From contig CAZNUA010000024.1 in NCBI GenBank assembly GCA_964576115.1, forward strand, positions 1-51,242: a stretch of DNA of 51,242 nt. Reading direction: 5' to 3'. Below are positions 39,332 to 49,461 of this stretch, piece by piece. This DNA is from an uncultured Gemmatimonadota bacterium (GTDB taxonomy: Bacteria > Blakebacterota > Blakebacteria > Blakebacterales > Blakebacteraceae). Position 1 is the stretch's first letter; every line of letters begins with the position of its first letter. The position numbers and the translations under genes are program-made. Below the pieces are notes generated by a model. It searched no databases and was not told the DNA's origin. It saw only the letters and a list, made by a program, of their open reading frames with translations.

Positions 39332-39447
39332 GTCGTCATCCTCCATGTGTGTATGGATGAACTCTCTTTACCACTCTCATGGCAGAGACGGTCGGCGGCA
39401 TACGGCCCACTCGACCGGATCGGCCGCCAAGTGATACACGAGGAGAA

Positions 39448-39463
39448 AGCAAACAGCGTGCCA
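39448..39463 (-). promoter_or_regulatory. sigma54 (-24/-12) promoter
   Basis: Minus strand TGGCACGCTGTTTGCT matches consensus TGGCACG-N4-TTGCW; about 115 nt upstream of the lipoprotein ATG. Confidence 0.85.
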
Positions 39464-39694
39464 CCAGATCTGTCCTGGAGAAGGTGTCCGGAGCGATCGT
39501 CGTAACACATGTGAATAGAATCAGTTACAAGCCAACGGGAGGGCGGCTCCCGGCTGTCCGAGGATCCCGACCCCGTCTTTGCCGCACATCGGTGAGGTAT
39601 TATTCTTCAATGGCGGAAAGAGTGCTCAGTTCCACCGCCATTCCGGTTCATCTGGTCCTGTCCCGATGATAGTGCAGAGGGGATTGTTATCCTG

Positions 39695-40795
39695 CTAGCC
39701 GGAGAGTCGGCCGTACCGCTCCTCCAGCTCATCAATCCTTCTGAGAGACTCCGTGGAGAATACCGGGGGACGGTTCGGGGAGCGAGTTGCAGCTTCGTTG
39801 TAGTCTCGCAGGAAGGCGAAGGGATTGCCCACGTGCTCCCGGAGGATCTCTTTCCCCAGTTCCTGCCGGATGATATTCGCCATGAAGTACCCGGTGGGAT
39901 GGGCGCTCATGGGAAGAATGAAGCGGATGCGTGTTTCGAGACGCTCCGGATCCCCGGAGAAGTCTACCAGGTTCGCCAGCAGAGAGTCGAAACGGGCGAT
40001 ATGCGTCGGTGCCTGGTCAAGGAATTCCCGGAACTGAATGGCCCGTCTGCTGTCGGCCTGTATCCCCTCCCCGAAGTAGATGACTCGCTTGTCGATCTGG
40101 TCGGCGATTCCCTCCGCCTGCAGCTGGTCCAGACCCCAGAGGAGCGCAGCGTCCATACTGCCCTCCGGTGGTTCGTCAAAGGTGAGCAAGCGCCGGCGGT
40201 AGTAGTGGTGAGCTTCGTGAGCCAGGAGGTAGCGGAGGTAGACTTCTTTCTGCACGGCGTAAAGGAAGTCCACGATGACCCGGGAGTAACCCCGGGCGTC
40301 ATTGCCGAAGAAGACGAAGGAGACCGGGGGGGGATCTCGGTCCACATCGATGGGTTCGGTCAGGTATTCCTGGGTCAGGGCCAGGGCGTCTGTCAGAATG
40401 ACAGGGTTTTCCTCCAGCTCTCTCTGTCGCGCCAGGAGGGTCTGCTTGTTCTCCGTCAGGGCAGTCAGGTGCCGCAGGTACTGGATTCGGAAGCCTGTTT
40501 TCTGTAACTCCGCTTCCAGCTCATCCCGTCGTGAGGGCTGGTAGGCCAGGGAGAAAAAGTCTGTCAGGAACTCCCGGGTGAAATCCCGTTGTACCAGGAT
40601 GGCGTAGCCCGGCGTGTCGAAGAGGGTGTCCCAGGCCTCCTCTGCAGGTGAGCGGTCCGCCAGCAGTTCGCTGTGGATCGGCCAGAATGCATCGACTCCT
40701 GAAAAATCCAGCTGGCCGGTCGGTCGGGTGTCACCGGCAACGCATCCGGTCATGATTGCCCACAATACGATGAGCCAGATCAGCTTCTTCGGCAT
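39695..40795 (-). CDS. lipoprotein putative zinc peptidase (DUF5700-like, gluzincin HExxH...E)
   Basis: Lipobox MTG-C; LLAHEAHHYYR, LQAEGIADQID, HPTGYFMA, GNPFAF...YNEAA. Confidence 0.7.
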   Translation of the reverse strand: MPKKLIWLIVLWAIMTGCVAGDTRPTGQLDFSGVDAFWPIHSELLADRSPAEEAWDTLFDTPGYAILVQRDFTREFLTDFFSLAYQPSRRDELEAELQKTGFRIQYLRHLTALTENKQTLLARQRELEENPVILTDALALTQEYLTEPIDVDRDPPPVSFVFFGNDARGYSRVIVDFLYAVQKEVYLRYLLAHEAHHYYRRRLLTFDEPPEGSMDAALLWGLDQLQAEGIADQIDKRVIYFGEGIQADSRRAIQFREFLDQAPTHIARFDSLLANLVDFSGDPERLETRIRFILPMSAHPTGYFMANIIRQELGKEILREHVGNPFAFLRDYNEAATRSPNRPPVFSTESLRRIDELEERYGRLSG

Positions 40796-41032
40796 CAAAG
40801 CACCTTTCCTCGTTACCGTCGGGTCAGGCGTGCATACCCGCGGATCCCTCCCTCGGTGAGAACTGAAAAATGTAGTCAGGTGGATTGGGAATCAGTAGTC
40901 CGTTTTCGGATGGCAATTGGTGTGATCGATGAGGTCGGGATAGAGCGGAAACGCCTGCCCGATTCCCCTCCTGGCCGGAGTGCGCTACCATGGTCGGCAT
41001 AATCATCCCACCCGGCATAACCGGAGAAGATC

Positions 41033-44000
41033 ATGCCTGCATACCCTCCTGTGACGAGAACGCTATCACGAGCCGTTTCCCTCCTTCTGGTACTGCTGAC
41101 CGTAATGGCGTTCCTTGTACCGCCGGCCGAGGTCGCGGCACAGGGGGGCGATGATCTGCCGGCGGGGGTATTCGACGCCCTCACCTGGCGGCACATCGGT
41201 CCGGTCGGGAACCGCGTCAGCGCCGTGACCGGCGTTCCCGGGGATCCGAATGTCTATTACTTCGGAGCCGCTTCCGGAGGGGTCTTCAAATCGGTGGACG
41301 CAGGGATCCACTGGCAACCGGTCTTCGACGACCAGCCGGCCGCCTCGATTGGTGCCCTGGCCGTCGCACCTTCCGATCCGAACGTGGTCTGGGCCGGAAC
41401 GGGGGAGACCTTCATCCGCAGCAATGTCTCGATCGGCAACGGTATCTATCGTTCCACCGACGGTGGAGAGCACTGGGAGCACCGGGGGCTGGACATGACC
41501 GGCCGGATCGGACGGATCATCGTTCATCCCGACGATCCCGACCGGGTCTGGGTCGCGGCCATGGGCAGCTGCTACGGTCCCCAGCAGGAACGAGGCGTCT
41601 TTCGCACGACCGACGCAGGGAAGACCTGGGAACGCGTGCTCTTCGTGGACGAGAACACCGGCGCCTCCGATATCATCATCGATCCCCACAATCCGCGGAT
41701 CCTCTTCGCCGGCATGTGGCAGATGCAGATCTGGACCTGGGGTCGGGAGAGCGGCGGTCCGGGAAGCGGTCTCTGGGCATCGCGGGACGGCGGCGACACC
41801 TGGACCGAGCTCACCGGCCGCGGCCTGCCCGCCAAACCGTGGGGCAAGGTCGGCCTGACCGTTTCTCCCGACGATTCCGACCGGATCTACGCTCTCATCG
41901 AGACCAGCAGCAACGAGGATTTCGCGTCGTATGAACGCTTTCAGGGGGTGCTGTGGCGCTCTGATGACGGCGGCGAGCGGTGGCGGATGGTCAATCGGGA
42001 CCATTCCCTCTCCCAGCGGCCCTGCTACTACAACCGGGCTCTGGTCGCGCCCGATGACCGCGATACTATCCATTTCATGTCGACCCGCCACCGGATCTCT
42101 TATGACGGCGGCCAGACCACCGAGTCGGGCAGTGCCGGGGGGGATAACCACGACATGTGGATCGATCCCCTGATCCCCGATCGGATGATCGTCGGCCACG
42201 ACGGCGGGGTGAGCATCTCCACCACCCGGGGGGAACAGTGGTGGCGGCCCCGCCTGCCGATCGCCCAGATGTACCATGTCTACACCGACTCGAACGTACC
42301 CTACTACGTGATGGGGAATCGCCAGGACGGCGGTTCGAACCGCGGACCGAGCAACTCGCTGACCGGGGGGAGCATCCCGATCGGGGCCTGGCACTCGGTG
42401 GGCGGGTGCGAGTCGGGATTCACTGTGCCCGACCCGGTCGATCCGAACATCATCTGGTCGGGCTGCTACGAGGGCATCCTCGACCGCCACGATCTGCGCA
42501 CCGGTCACAGCCGGACCGTCAGCGTCTGGCCCGACAATCCTGAGGGGTGGGCTGCGGCCGACCTCCGCTACCGTTTTCAGTGGACTTTCCCTGTCGCGAT
42601 CTCTCCCCACGACCACGAGCGGGTTTATGCCGGCAGCCAGCACGTCCACCTGACCACCGATGGCGGTCAGAGCTGGCAGGTGATCAGTCCCGATCTGACG
42701 CTCAACGACGAAAGCCGGATGCAGAAGAGCGGCGGGCTCACCTTCGAGGATGTCAGCCCCACCTACGCCTGCGTGCTCTTCGCCCTGGCCGAGTCGCCGC
42801 TGGAGGAGGGGGTGATATGGGCCGGCTCCAACGACGGACTGGTCCACGTGACCCGCGATGGCGGGGGTACCTGGACAAATGTGACCGGCAACATCCCCGA
42901 TCTGCCCTCCTGGGGAACGATCAGCAATATCGAGCCCTCCCGCCATGCCCCCGGGACGGCCTACCTCACCGTCGACCGGCACCAGCTCAACGACACCGCT
43001 CCCTATGTCTACCGGACCACCGATTACGGTCGCCGGTGGCGTTCGCTCGGCGACGGAATCCCCCGGAGCGTGTTCAGCTACACCCACTGCATCCGCGAGG
43101 ATCCGGTCCGACCGGGGCTCCTCTACCTCGGGACCGGGAACGCCGTGTACGTCTCCTTCGACGACGGCGGTGAATGGCACGAACTGCAGAGCAATTTGCC
43201 GCACGCTCCGGTGCACTGGCTGACCATTCCGGAGCACTTCAACGACCTGGTGATCGCCACCTATGGTCGCGGTTTCTGGATCATGGACAACATCACCGCC
43301 CTCCAGCAGCTCGAACCGGAGGTTGTGAAAGAAGACGCCTGGCTTTTCGCGCCCCGCCCGGTTTATCGCTTCCTGATGCAGGCCGGCTCACAGAGCCAGC
43401 CCGAAGACTCCGGCGCCGGCGCCAATCCACGCTACGGCGCGTCGATCGATTTCTGGCTCAGAGAAGATCCCTCCGACCGGGTCGAGATGGTTGTGCTCGA
43501 TGCCGCCGGAGAGACGGTGCGGGAACTGGCCGTGCCCGGCTCCGCCGGGGCCGGCCTCAACCGGGTCTGGTGGGACCTGCGGCTGGAGAGTTCGAACACC
43601 CCGAAACTGAGAATGCCTCCCCTCGGGTACGGACCGGTCGAATTCAACGAGGCGGGTTGGCGACCGCTCGGTGAGGGTGGCCGGGTCACCCCCCTGGCCG
43701 AGCCGGGTACCTACACGGTGACATTGACGATCGGAGACCGGGAATTCACCCGGCCGCTGGTCATCCTCAAGGATCCGAACTCCGCCGGGGACGAGGCCCG
43801 GATCGCCGAACAGGTGCGGGTGCTGAAGGATATCCGGGCCGACGTCAATGCGGTGGTTGAATTGATCGATGCCCTCGAATGGCTGCGCAAGCAGATCGAT
43901 GTCTGCAATGCCCGTCTGGCGGATATCGGCGGTACAAAGGATATCATCGCCGCCGGCCGCGAACTCGACGGCAAGCTGCGGGAACTGGAGATGATGCTCT

Positions 44001-44266
44001 TCGACCTGCACCTCACGGGCGGGAACGCGCGGCAGGACACGATCCGCTGGCCGCGGCGGCTCTATGCCAAACTGACGAGCCTGGCCGGCTACATCGGCGG
44101 GACCGACCAGCGGCCGACCGATCAGCAGCTTGAAGTCTACGCCCTCTACCGGCAGCAGCTGGCACAGTACCAGGCATGGTTCAACCGCCTGGCCGCCGAT
44201 GAGGTGGGGGCCTACAACCGCCTGCTCGCTGCGAACGGGTATGAGGGAATCGTCATCGGCAGATAG
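41033..44266 (+). CDS. secreted VPS10/BNR (Asp-box) beta-propeller protein, glycosyl-hydrolase-like
   Basis: Signal peptide; LTWRHIGP, repeated S.DGG.TW Asp-boxes, GDNHDMWIDP, RFQWTFP..ISPHD, DLVIATYGRGFWIMD, GLNRVWWDLR, helical C-terminus. Confidence 0.85.
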   Translation: MPAYPPVTRTLSRAVSLLLVLLTVMAFLVPPAEVAAQGGDDLPAGVFDALTWRHIGPVGNRVSAVTGVPGDPNVYYFGAASGGVFKSVDAGIHWQPVFDDQPAASIGALAVAPSDPNVVWAGTGETFIRSNVSIGNGIYRSTDGGEHWEHRGLDMTGRIGRIIVHPDDPDRVWVAAMGSCYGPQQERGVFRTTDAGKTWERVLFVDENTGASDIIIDPHNPRILFAGMWQMQIWTWGRESGGPGSGLWASRDGGDTWTELTGRGLPAKPWGKVGLTVSPDDSDRIYALIETSSNEDFASYERFQGVLWRSDDGGERWRMVNRDHSLSQRPCYYNRALVAPDDRDTIHFMSTRHRISYDGGQTTESGSAGGDNHDMWIDPLIPDRMIVGHDGGVSISTTRGEQWWRPRLPIAQMYHVYTDSNVPYYVMGNRQDGGSNRGPSNSLTGGSIPIGAWHSVGGCESGFTVPDPVDPNIIWSGCYEGILDRHDLRTGHSRTVSVWPDNPEGWAAADLRYRFQWTFPVAISPHDHERVYAGSQHVHLTTDGGQSWQVISPDLTLNDESRMQKSGGLTFEDVSPTYACVLFALAESPLEEGVIWAGSNDGLVHVTRDGGGTWTNVTGNIPDLPSWGTISNIEPSRHAPGTAYLTVDRHQLNDTAPYVYRTTDYGRRWRSLGDGIPRSVFSYTHCIREDPVRPGLLYLGTGNAVYVSFDDGGEWHELQSNLPHAPVHWLTIPEHFNDLVIATYGRGFWIMDNITALQQLEPEVVKEDAWLFAPRPVYRFLMQAGSQSQPEDSGAGANPRYGASIDFWLREDPSDRVEMVVLDAAGETVRELAVPGSAGAGLNRVWWDLRLESSNTPKLRMPPLGYGPVEFNEAGWRPLGEGGRVTPLAEPGTYTVTLTIGDREFTRPLVILKDPNSAGDEARIAEQVRVLKDIRADVNAVVELIDALEWLRKQIDVCNARLADIGGTKDIIAAGRELDGKLRELEMMLFDLHLTGGNARQDTIRWPRRLYAKLTSLAGYIGGTDQRPTDQQLEVYALYRQQLAQYQAWFNRLAADEVGAYNRLLAANGYEGIVIGR

Positions 44267-44424
44267 AGGCACCGGTCGTCGGCTCCGGTGTCGCGCTCTT
44301 GATGAAGCCACCTCACATCCGGTATCGTTGCCTACCGCATCAGATGAGGCACGACACTGGAATCATGTAACCGAGCCGCCGGCTCACATGTCATCGTGAC
44401 GGCTGAAAACACAAAGTCCTGTCC

Positions 44425-45378
44425 ATGCATACCTTTCAATACCTTGTCACCGCCGTTGTCGTCATCGTCCTGATCTACGCCCTGGCCTTTCTGCTGCGAC
44501 GCCGGGGGACGCTGCATGAAGACCATGCCCTCACCCTGGCCCGCCTCGTCACCGACCTGTGTCTGCCGGCCATGATCTTCGTGAACCTGGCGAGTCAGAC
44601 AATCCGGTTGGACCAGGTGGTCCCGGCTCTCGTCATGCTCGCCCTCGAGCTCTTCTGCATTGCCCTGGCCTGGGCGATCAGCGCCCTGCTCAAGTTCGGC
44701 CGGGCCCAGCAGGGTGCCATCGTCTTCTGCTCGGCTTTCGGTTCCTCGACGTTCCTGGGCTATTCGATCATCACGCAGGTGTTTCCCCATTCGCCCGAGG
44801 CCTTGAGCGAAGCCGTTCTGATTTCGGAAATCGGCGTCGGGTATCCCATCTTCATCCTGGGACCGATCCTGGCCGCCTACTTCGGTTCGGCGGTATCGCA
44901 GGCCGAATCGCCGTGGAAAGCCTCTCTCGGCTTTTTCAGGTCCCCGGTCTTCTTTGCCTTGATTGCAGGCATTCTATGGGGAGTCCTGCGACTGCCCGGG
45001 GAAACCAGCGCCCTTCTGGCGCCGGTCTTCAGGCTGGGCAATATCCTGGCCGCTGCCGTGACACCGCTGGCCGTCCTGTCGGTCGCTCTCATGTTCACAT
45101 GGCCCGACTGGCGCACGGCCCTGGCACCCCTGGCCATCGTGGTTCTCCTGAAGCTGATTCTCAAACCGGTGCTCGCCGGTTTTCTCGCCGCCGGCTTCGC
45201 TTTTCCCGAACTCTGGAAAGAAGTCCTGGTTCTCCTGGCTGCCATGCCACCGGCGGTGCTGGGAGCGGTCTTCCTGCGGCGCTACGGCGGGGACGCAAAA
45301 CTGGCCTCCACCCTGCTGCTGGCCGCCAGCGTGGTCAGCTGCCTGACGATCATCGGGGTCTTCTGGCTGATGGGGTAG
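44425..45378 (+). CDS. AEC (auxin efflux carrier) family transporter
   Basis: LARLVTDLCLPAMIF, FG.STFLGY, SPVFFA, TPLAVLSV, LKLILKP, LAAMPPA, YGGD.KLAS; about 10 TM helices. Confidence 0.85.
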   Translation: MHTFQYLVTAVVVIVLIYALAFLLRRRGTLHEDHALTLARLVTDLCLPAMIFVNLASQTIRLDQVVPALVMLALELFCIALAWAISALLKFGRAQQGAIVFCSAFGSSTFLGYSIITQVFPHSPEALSEAVLISEIGVGYPIFILGPILAAYFGSAVSQAESPWKASLGFFRSPVFFALIAGILWGVLRLPGETSALLAPVFRLGNILAAAVTPLAVLSVALMFTWPDWRTALAPLAIVVLLKLILKPVLAGFLAAGFAFPELWKEVLVLLAAMPPAVLGAVFLRRYGGDAKLASTLLLAASVVSCLTIIGVFWLMG

Positions 45379-45574
45379 CGAGGATAATCAATGACGATCT
45401 CGCCATTCAGATCGCCGACTACGACGTTATCGCTGCCCTCTGTCTGCCCCCGGGGTACAGACATCTGCGGCTTCGCTGACAGCAGGGGGGAACAACAGTC
45501 ATGAGACCCGAGACTTTCACCATCACGACCTTCGGGCTGGACTGACTCCTGGTGGCATATTTTCAGTCAACTGC

Positions 45575-45611
45575 AAAATAGTCTTGACTATTTTTTAGTA
45601 ATATTCATAAT
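45575..45611 (+). promoter_or_regulatory. sigma70 promoter with overlapping perfect palindrome (operator)
   Basis: AAAATAGTC-TT-GACTATTTT (45575-45594) overlaps -35 TTGACT (45584-45589); -10 CATAAT (45606-45611) ends 7 nt before the ATG at 45619. Confidence 0.65.
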
Positions 45612-45618
45612 AGACGGC

Positions 45619-46839
45619 ATGATACCCCGTCCGATGTACTCAATGCTGTGGAAAGAACTGGCAGACACCAAACCAATGGTGTTCATGGCCGGTCCGCGCC
45701 AGGTCGGAAAGACCACCCTGGCGCAGGCTATCGCTGACCGGTTCACAAACCGGGCCTATCTGAACTGGGATGTGCTCACCGACCGAAAGAGGCTGGTACA
45801 CGAGCCCTACTTCTTCGAAACCATCGAACGACGTGATCGGTCCGCACCGCTCGTGGTTTTCGACGAGATCCACAAGTATCGCGGATGGAAGAATTACCTC
45901 AAGGGCGTCTATGACCGGTATCACGATGAGTTCCGTTTCCTCGTTACCGGAAGCGGCCGGCTCGATATGTACCGCAGGGGCGGTGACTCGCTCGCTGGTC
46001 GATACGCGCTCTTCCGTCTCTGGCCGTTCACTCTGGCGGAACTGGCCGGATACCGCCCGACGCTCGAAGCATTCCGGGCCGACCTTCTTGGTCTCGTCAT
46101 GGATGAGGACGGTACCGCCGATGAGATCTGGAAGCGCCTCGCGCAATTCTCCGGTTTTCCCGAACCGTACGTCCAGGCTCGATCGACGGCCTACCGCCGA
46201 TGGTCAACAACCTATCACAGCCAGTTAATCCGTGAGGATATCCGTGACCTGACCGGGATTCGATCGGTTGGCGAGGTCGAAACGCTCTTCGCTCTCCTGC
46301 CCGAACGAGTGGGTAGTATCCTCTCCATCGTTAATCTCGCCGACGACCTCAAGGTCTCCTACAACACCGTGAAGAACTGGCTGGAGGTTCTCGAGCGTTT
46401 CTATCTGACTTTCTCGATCGCACCCTGGACGCGCCGGGTAACCCGGGCCACCCAGAAGGCGAAGAAGACCTATCTGCTCGACTATGCGGTCATCGAGAAC
46501 GAAGCGGCCCGATTCGAGAACATGGTCGCCCTGGAGTTGTACCGCGCCATCAATACGTGGAACGACCTGGGTTATGGGCCGTACGGTCTGCATTTCGTCC
46601 GGAACAAGGAGAAAGAGGAGGTCGACTTCCTGCTGACCGAGCGGCACCATCCCGTTCTTCTGGTGGAGGCGAAGAGAGGCGAGACGAAGGTCGCACCGGC
46701 CCTGAGGAAATTCCAGCATCAGCTCAAAGTGCCCGGTATCCAATTGATTGACGAAGGCGAGGGATTCAGGAAAGTGAAGAACGGGAACCTGACTGTCCTC
46801 GTGGCTCCCGCCCGGATGTGGCTCCCGCGTCTTCCCTGA
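45619..46839 (+). CDS. AAA_14 ATPase with DUF4143 / PD-(D/E)xK-like C-terminal domain
   Basis: GPRQVGKTT Walker A, VVFDEIH Walker B, VTGS, SLAGR, GFPEP, K.YLLD, FEN.V..EL, EVDFLL...LVEAK. Confidence 0.88.
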   Translation: MIPRPMYSMLWKELADTKPMVFMAGPRQVGKTTLAQAIADRFTNRAYLNWDVLTDRKRLVHEPYFFETIERRDRSAPLVVFDEIHKYRGWKNYLKGVYDRYHDEFRFLVTGSGRLDMYRRGGDSLAGRYALFRLWPFTLAELAGYRPTLEAFRADLLGLVMDEDGTADEIWKRLAQFSGFPEPYVQARSTAYRRWSTTYHSQLIREDIRDLTGIRSVGEVETLFALLPERVGSILSIVNLADDLKVSYNTVKNWLEVLERFYLTFSIAPWTRRVTRATQKAKKTYLLDYAVIENEAARFENMVALELYRAINTWNDLGYGPYGLHFVRNKEKEEVDFLLTERHHPVLLVEAKRGETKVAPALRKFQHQLKVPGIQLIDEGEGFRKVKNGNLTVLVAPARMWLPRLP

Positions 46840-46879
46840 CACCAACAACCACCGAGGCCGGCCATATGCGATTCGCCGT

Positions 46880-48850
46880 TCAGCGCCGCACGACCGTGAT
46901 CATGATCTTCGAGGGGTACTGCCGCGAGTGGTGCACGACGTTGTGGGCCATGACGGCTTCGCTCTCGTCGTAGTTGTTCCCCCCGGTGTTCAGGTTGCGG
47001 TCAAAGCGCGGGAAGTTACTGCTCGAGACCTCGATGCGCAGGCAGTGTCCGGGGGCGAAGAAGTTGCTGGTGACCAGCGGCTGCAGGGTCACCTCGTACA
47101 CCTCGCCGTCCTCCATCCAGACCGGCGGCCCGTCATAACCCTCTCGCCAGCGTAGGCGCTGGATCGACTCGTCCAGACTCCAGGCCGTGCCGTCGGGCGC
47201 CACATCGATCACCCGGACGGTGATATCGGTGTCGCGGGCATCGGAGGAAACGTAGAGGGTCGGGGTGATCGGTCCGCTCACCTCGAGGCCCTCCCGGAAG
47301 GGTTCGGAGGTATAGACCAGGATGTCGGGCCGCTCCTCCATCTCCCGCTGGTCGACCGAGCCGACCGGCCACGAACTGCCGCCGTGCGAGACGACCGGAT
47401 CCGTCGGATCGTAGGTGAAGGCGTCGGGCCGGTCGCGGCGGGGGGGCGAGTCGGTCAGGCGGCCGTCGCCGTTCAGAGTGTTGGCGTTGCCCTCACTGGA
47501 GAGGTAGAAGGTCATCGGCTCGGCGCCCGCTGGCGGCCAGGTCTCGGCCGAGTGCCATTCGTTACTCCCCATGGTGAAGTAGTGGACCTTCGGGAAGTCC
47601 TCGAGCAACCCGCCGGTCTCGCCTTTGAGGAAGCGGTCGAAGAAGGCGAACATCAGTTCCTGGTAGTTGAAGCGCACGTCGCCCAGGTTGCGCTGACCCG
47701 CCACATACTCTTCGGGGCCGACCGGGGCGTCGTCGGCCCCGGTGTCGGTGCGTCGGAAACCGCAGTGGGTGGTCGGCGCCAGCACCAGCCACTGCTGGTC
47801 GGCAACCTCACCCTCGGCGGTGGTCCGCACGTGGTTGTACATCTGGAGGTTGGGGGCCACCGACACGTCGAACAGCGACACGAACCAGAGGCCGGGCACC
47901 TCGAGCGACATGTCGTCGTGCCAGAGCCCCCCCTGGTACCAGGCCGGGTCGTTCGGGGTGCGGGCGATCATGGCTCCGCCCGTGTCCACCGGCATTTCAT
48001 CGGCGGCGATCCCGCGCGGCCCGTCCACCGACCGCATGATGTCCTGCACCGGTAGGTGCCAATAAGCCTGCGACCAGTCCACCGGGGGCATGTGCGGCGC
48101 GAGGTCGAAGAGCCGGGAGGCCGCGATCAACTCTTCCCGGGTGGCATCGGTCGGGAACATCGGCCGGATCTGGTTTTGTTCCGAATACAGCCAGCCGATG
48201 AAGAGCAGCTGTACCGCCCCGCCGCGGTACCAGTTGCCCTGCTCGTAATACGGTCGGATCCGACCCACGCCGGCGCCGAAGCCCTGCACGTTCATGGCGG
48301 CGAAACCGGAGTGGCCCAGCGAGGCCACCGCCGGCTGCCATTCGGCGGTCGAGGAGCAACCGGTGGTGCCGACCTTGCCGTTCGACCACGGCTGGCTCGT
48401 GATCCACTCCAGCGCGTCCCAGCCGTCGGTCAGCGGGGGACCGAGGATATCCCAGTTCCCCTCCGAGAAGAAGTGCCCGCGTTCTTGCATGTTGATGTGC
48501 ACATAGCCGCGCCGGATCGACCTGATCTCCGAGGCCATGCTGCGCGGAACGCCGTTGGTGACGTCCCAGTAATTGAAGTTGTACGGTGTGCGGACCCAGA
48601 TGGCGGGGTACTGCTTCGACGTGTCGCGCGGGCGGTAGATGTCGGCCGCGATACGGGTTCCGTCGCGCATCGGGATCATGACCTTGCGCTCGACGATGGC
48701 GATCGACTGCAGTTCGTTCTCCAGGGCCCAGCGCTGGGCTCGCTGTTCGGCGGACATACCGAAGCGCTGAGCGTGGATCGGGGCGGCGGTGATGACCAGT
48801 ACCACGAAGACGGAGAGCGATCGGATCAGGCGGGAGAGGGACGTCGGCAT
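46880..48850 (-). CDS. CocE/NonD (peptidase S15 / alpha-amino-acid ester hydrolase) family hydrolase
   Basis: Signal peptide; [66 protein letters not shown]. Confidence 0.9.
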   Translation of the reverse strand: MPTSLSRLIRSLSVFVVLVITAAPIHAQRFGMSAEQRAQRWALENELQSIAIVERKVMIPMRDGTRIAADIYRPRDTSKQYPAIWVRTPYNFNYWDVTNGVPRSMASEIRSIRRGYVHINMQERGHFFSEGNWDILGPPLTDGWDALEWITSQPWSNGKVGTTGCSSTAEWQPAVASLGHSGFAAMNVQGFGAGVGRIRPYYEQGNWYRGGAVQLLFIGWLYSEQNQIRPMFPTDATREELIAASRLFDLAPHMPPVDWSQAYWHLPVQDIMRSVDGPRGIAADEMPVDTGGAMIARTPNDPAWYQGGLWHDDMSLEVPGLWFVSLFDVSVAPNLQMYNHVRTTAEGEVADQQWLVLAPTTHCGFRRTDTGADDAPVGPEEYVAGQRNLGDVRFNYQELMFAFFDRFLKGETGGLLEDFPKVHYFTMGSNEWHSAETWPPAGAEPMTFYLSSEGNANTLNGDGRLTDSPPRRDRPDAFTYDPTDPVVSHGGSSWPVGSVDQREMEERPDILVYTSEPFREGLEVSGPITPTLYVSSDARDTDITVRVIDVAPDGTAWSLDESIQRLRWREGYDGPPVWMEDGEVYEVTLQPLVTSNFFAPGHCLRIEVSSSNFPRFDRNLNTGGNNYDESEAVMAHNVVHHSRQYPSKIMITVVRR

Positions 48851-49025
48851 GAGGTTCCTCCGGCTGGGGTCGGGTGACTCCCGAGTACGGCGGGTGAAGT
48901 CGATTATACCCGATCATCATGCCGGAGTCGGAGATGGGGTGCAAGCGTACCGGCGATGTTTTATATTTCGTTCTCCGAACGGAAATTGCAGGGCATTTGA
49001 GAGTCAGTGAAAAGGGGAGACAACC

Positions 49026-49454
49026 ATGCCGGTACGTAAAGCCGATGCCGTCTGGAACGGCACTCTCAGAGAGGGCACTGGACGCGTCAGTCTCGAGAGC
49101 GGCGCCTTCGAGGGAAAGTACTCCTTCGGCAGTCGCTTTGAGTCCGAACCGGGAACCAATCCCGAGGAACTGGTGGGGGCGGCCCATGCGGGCTGTTTCT
49201 CGATGGCGCTCTCGGCCGCGCTCGGCGAGGCGGGGCACGATCCCCTGGAGGTCGCCACAACCGCCCGGGTTCACCTCGAGAAAACCGACGACGGTTTCGC
49301 GGTCACGCGCATCGAACTCGTTTCGCGCGCGAAGGTGCCGGGTATCGACCGGGACACCTTCATGACCTTTGCCGAGGACGCCAAGCAGGGCTGCCCGATC
49401 TCGAAGCTTCTGACCGGGGCCGAGATAAGCCTCCAGATCGAACTGGAAAACTGA
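49026..49454 (+). CDS. osmC: OsmC family peroxiredoxin
   Basis: A.AVWNG.LREG.G, YSF.SRFE..PGTNPEEL.GAAHAGCFSMALS, AKQGCPISK (two catalytic Cys); GGGGAG RBS. Confidence 0.93.
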   Translation: MPVRKADAVWNGTLREGTGRVSLESGAFEGKYSFGSRFESEPGTNPEELVGAAHAGCFSMALSAALGEAGHDPLEVATTARVHLEKTDDGFAVTRIELVSRAKVPGIDRDTFMTFAEDAKQGCPISKLLTGAEISLQIELEN

Positions 49455-49461
49455 TTGTGAA

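Noticed and set aside
45553-45570. Second sigma54 promoter (TGGCAT...)
   Set aside because: No TTGC at the -12 position; spacing to the next GC is wrong
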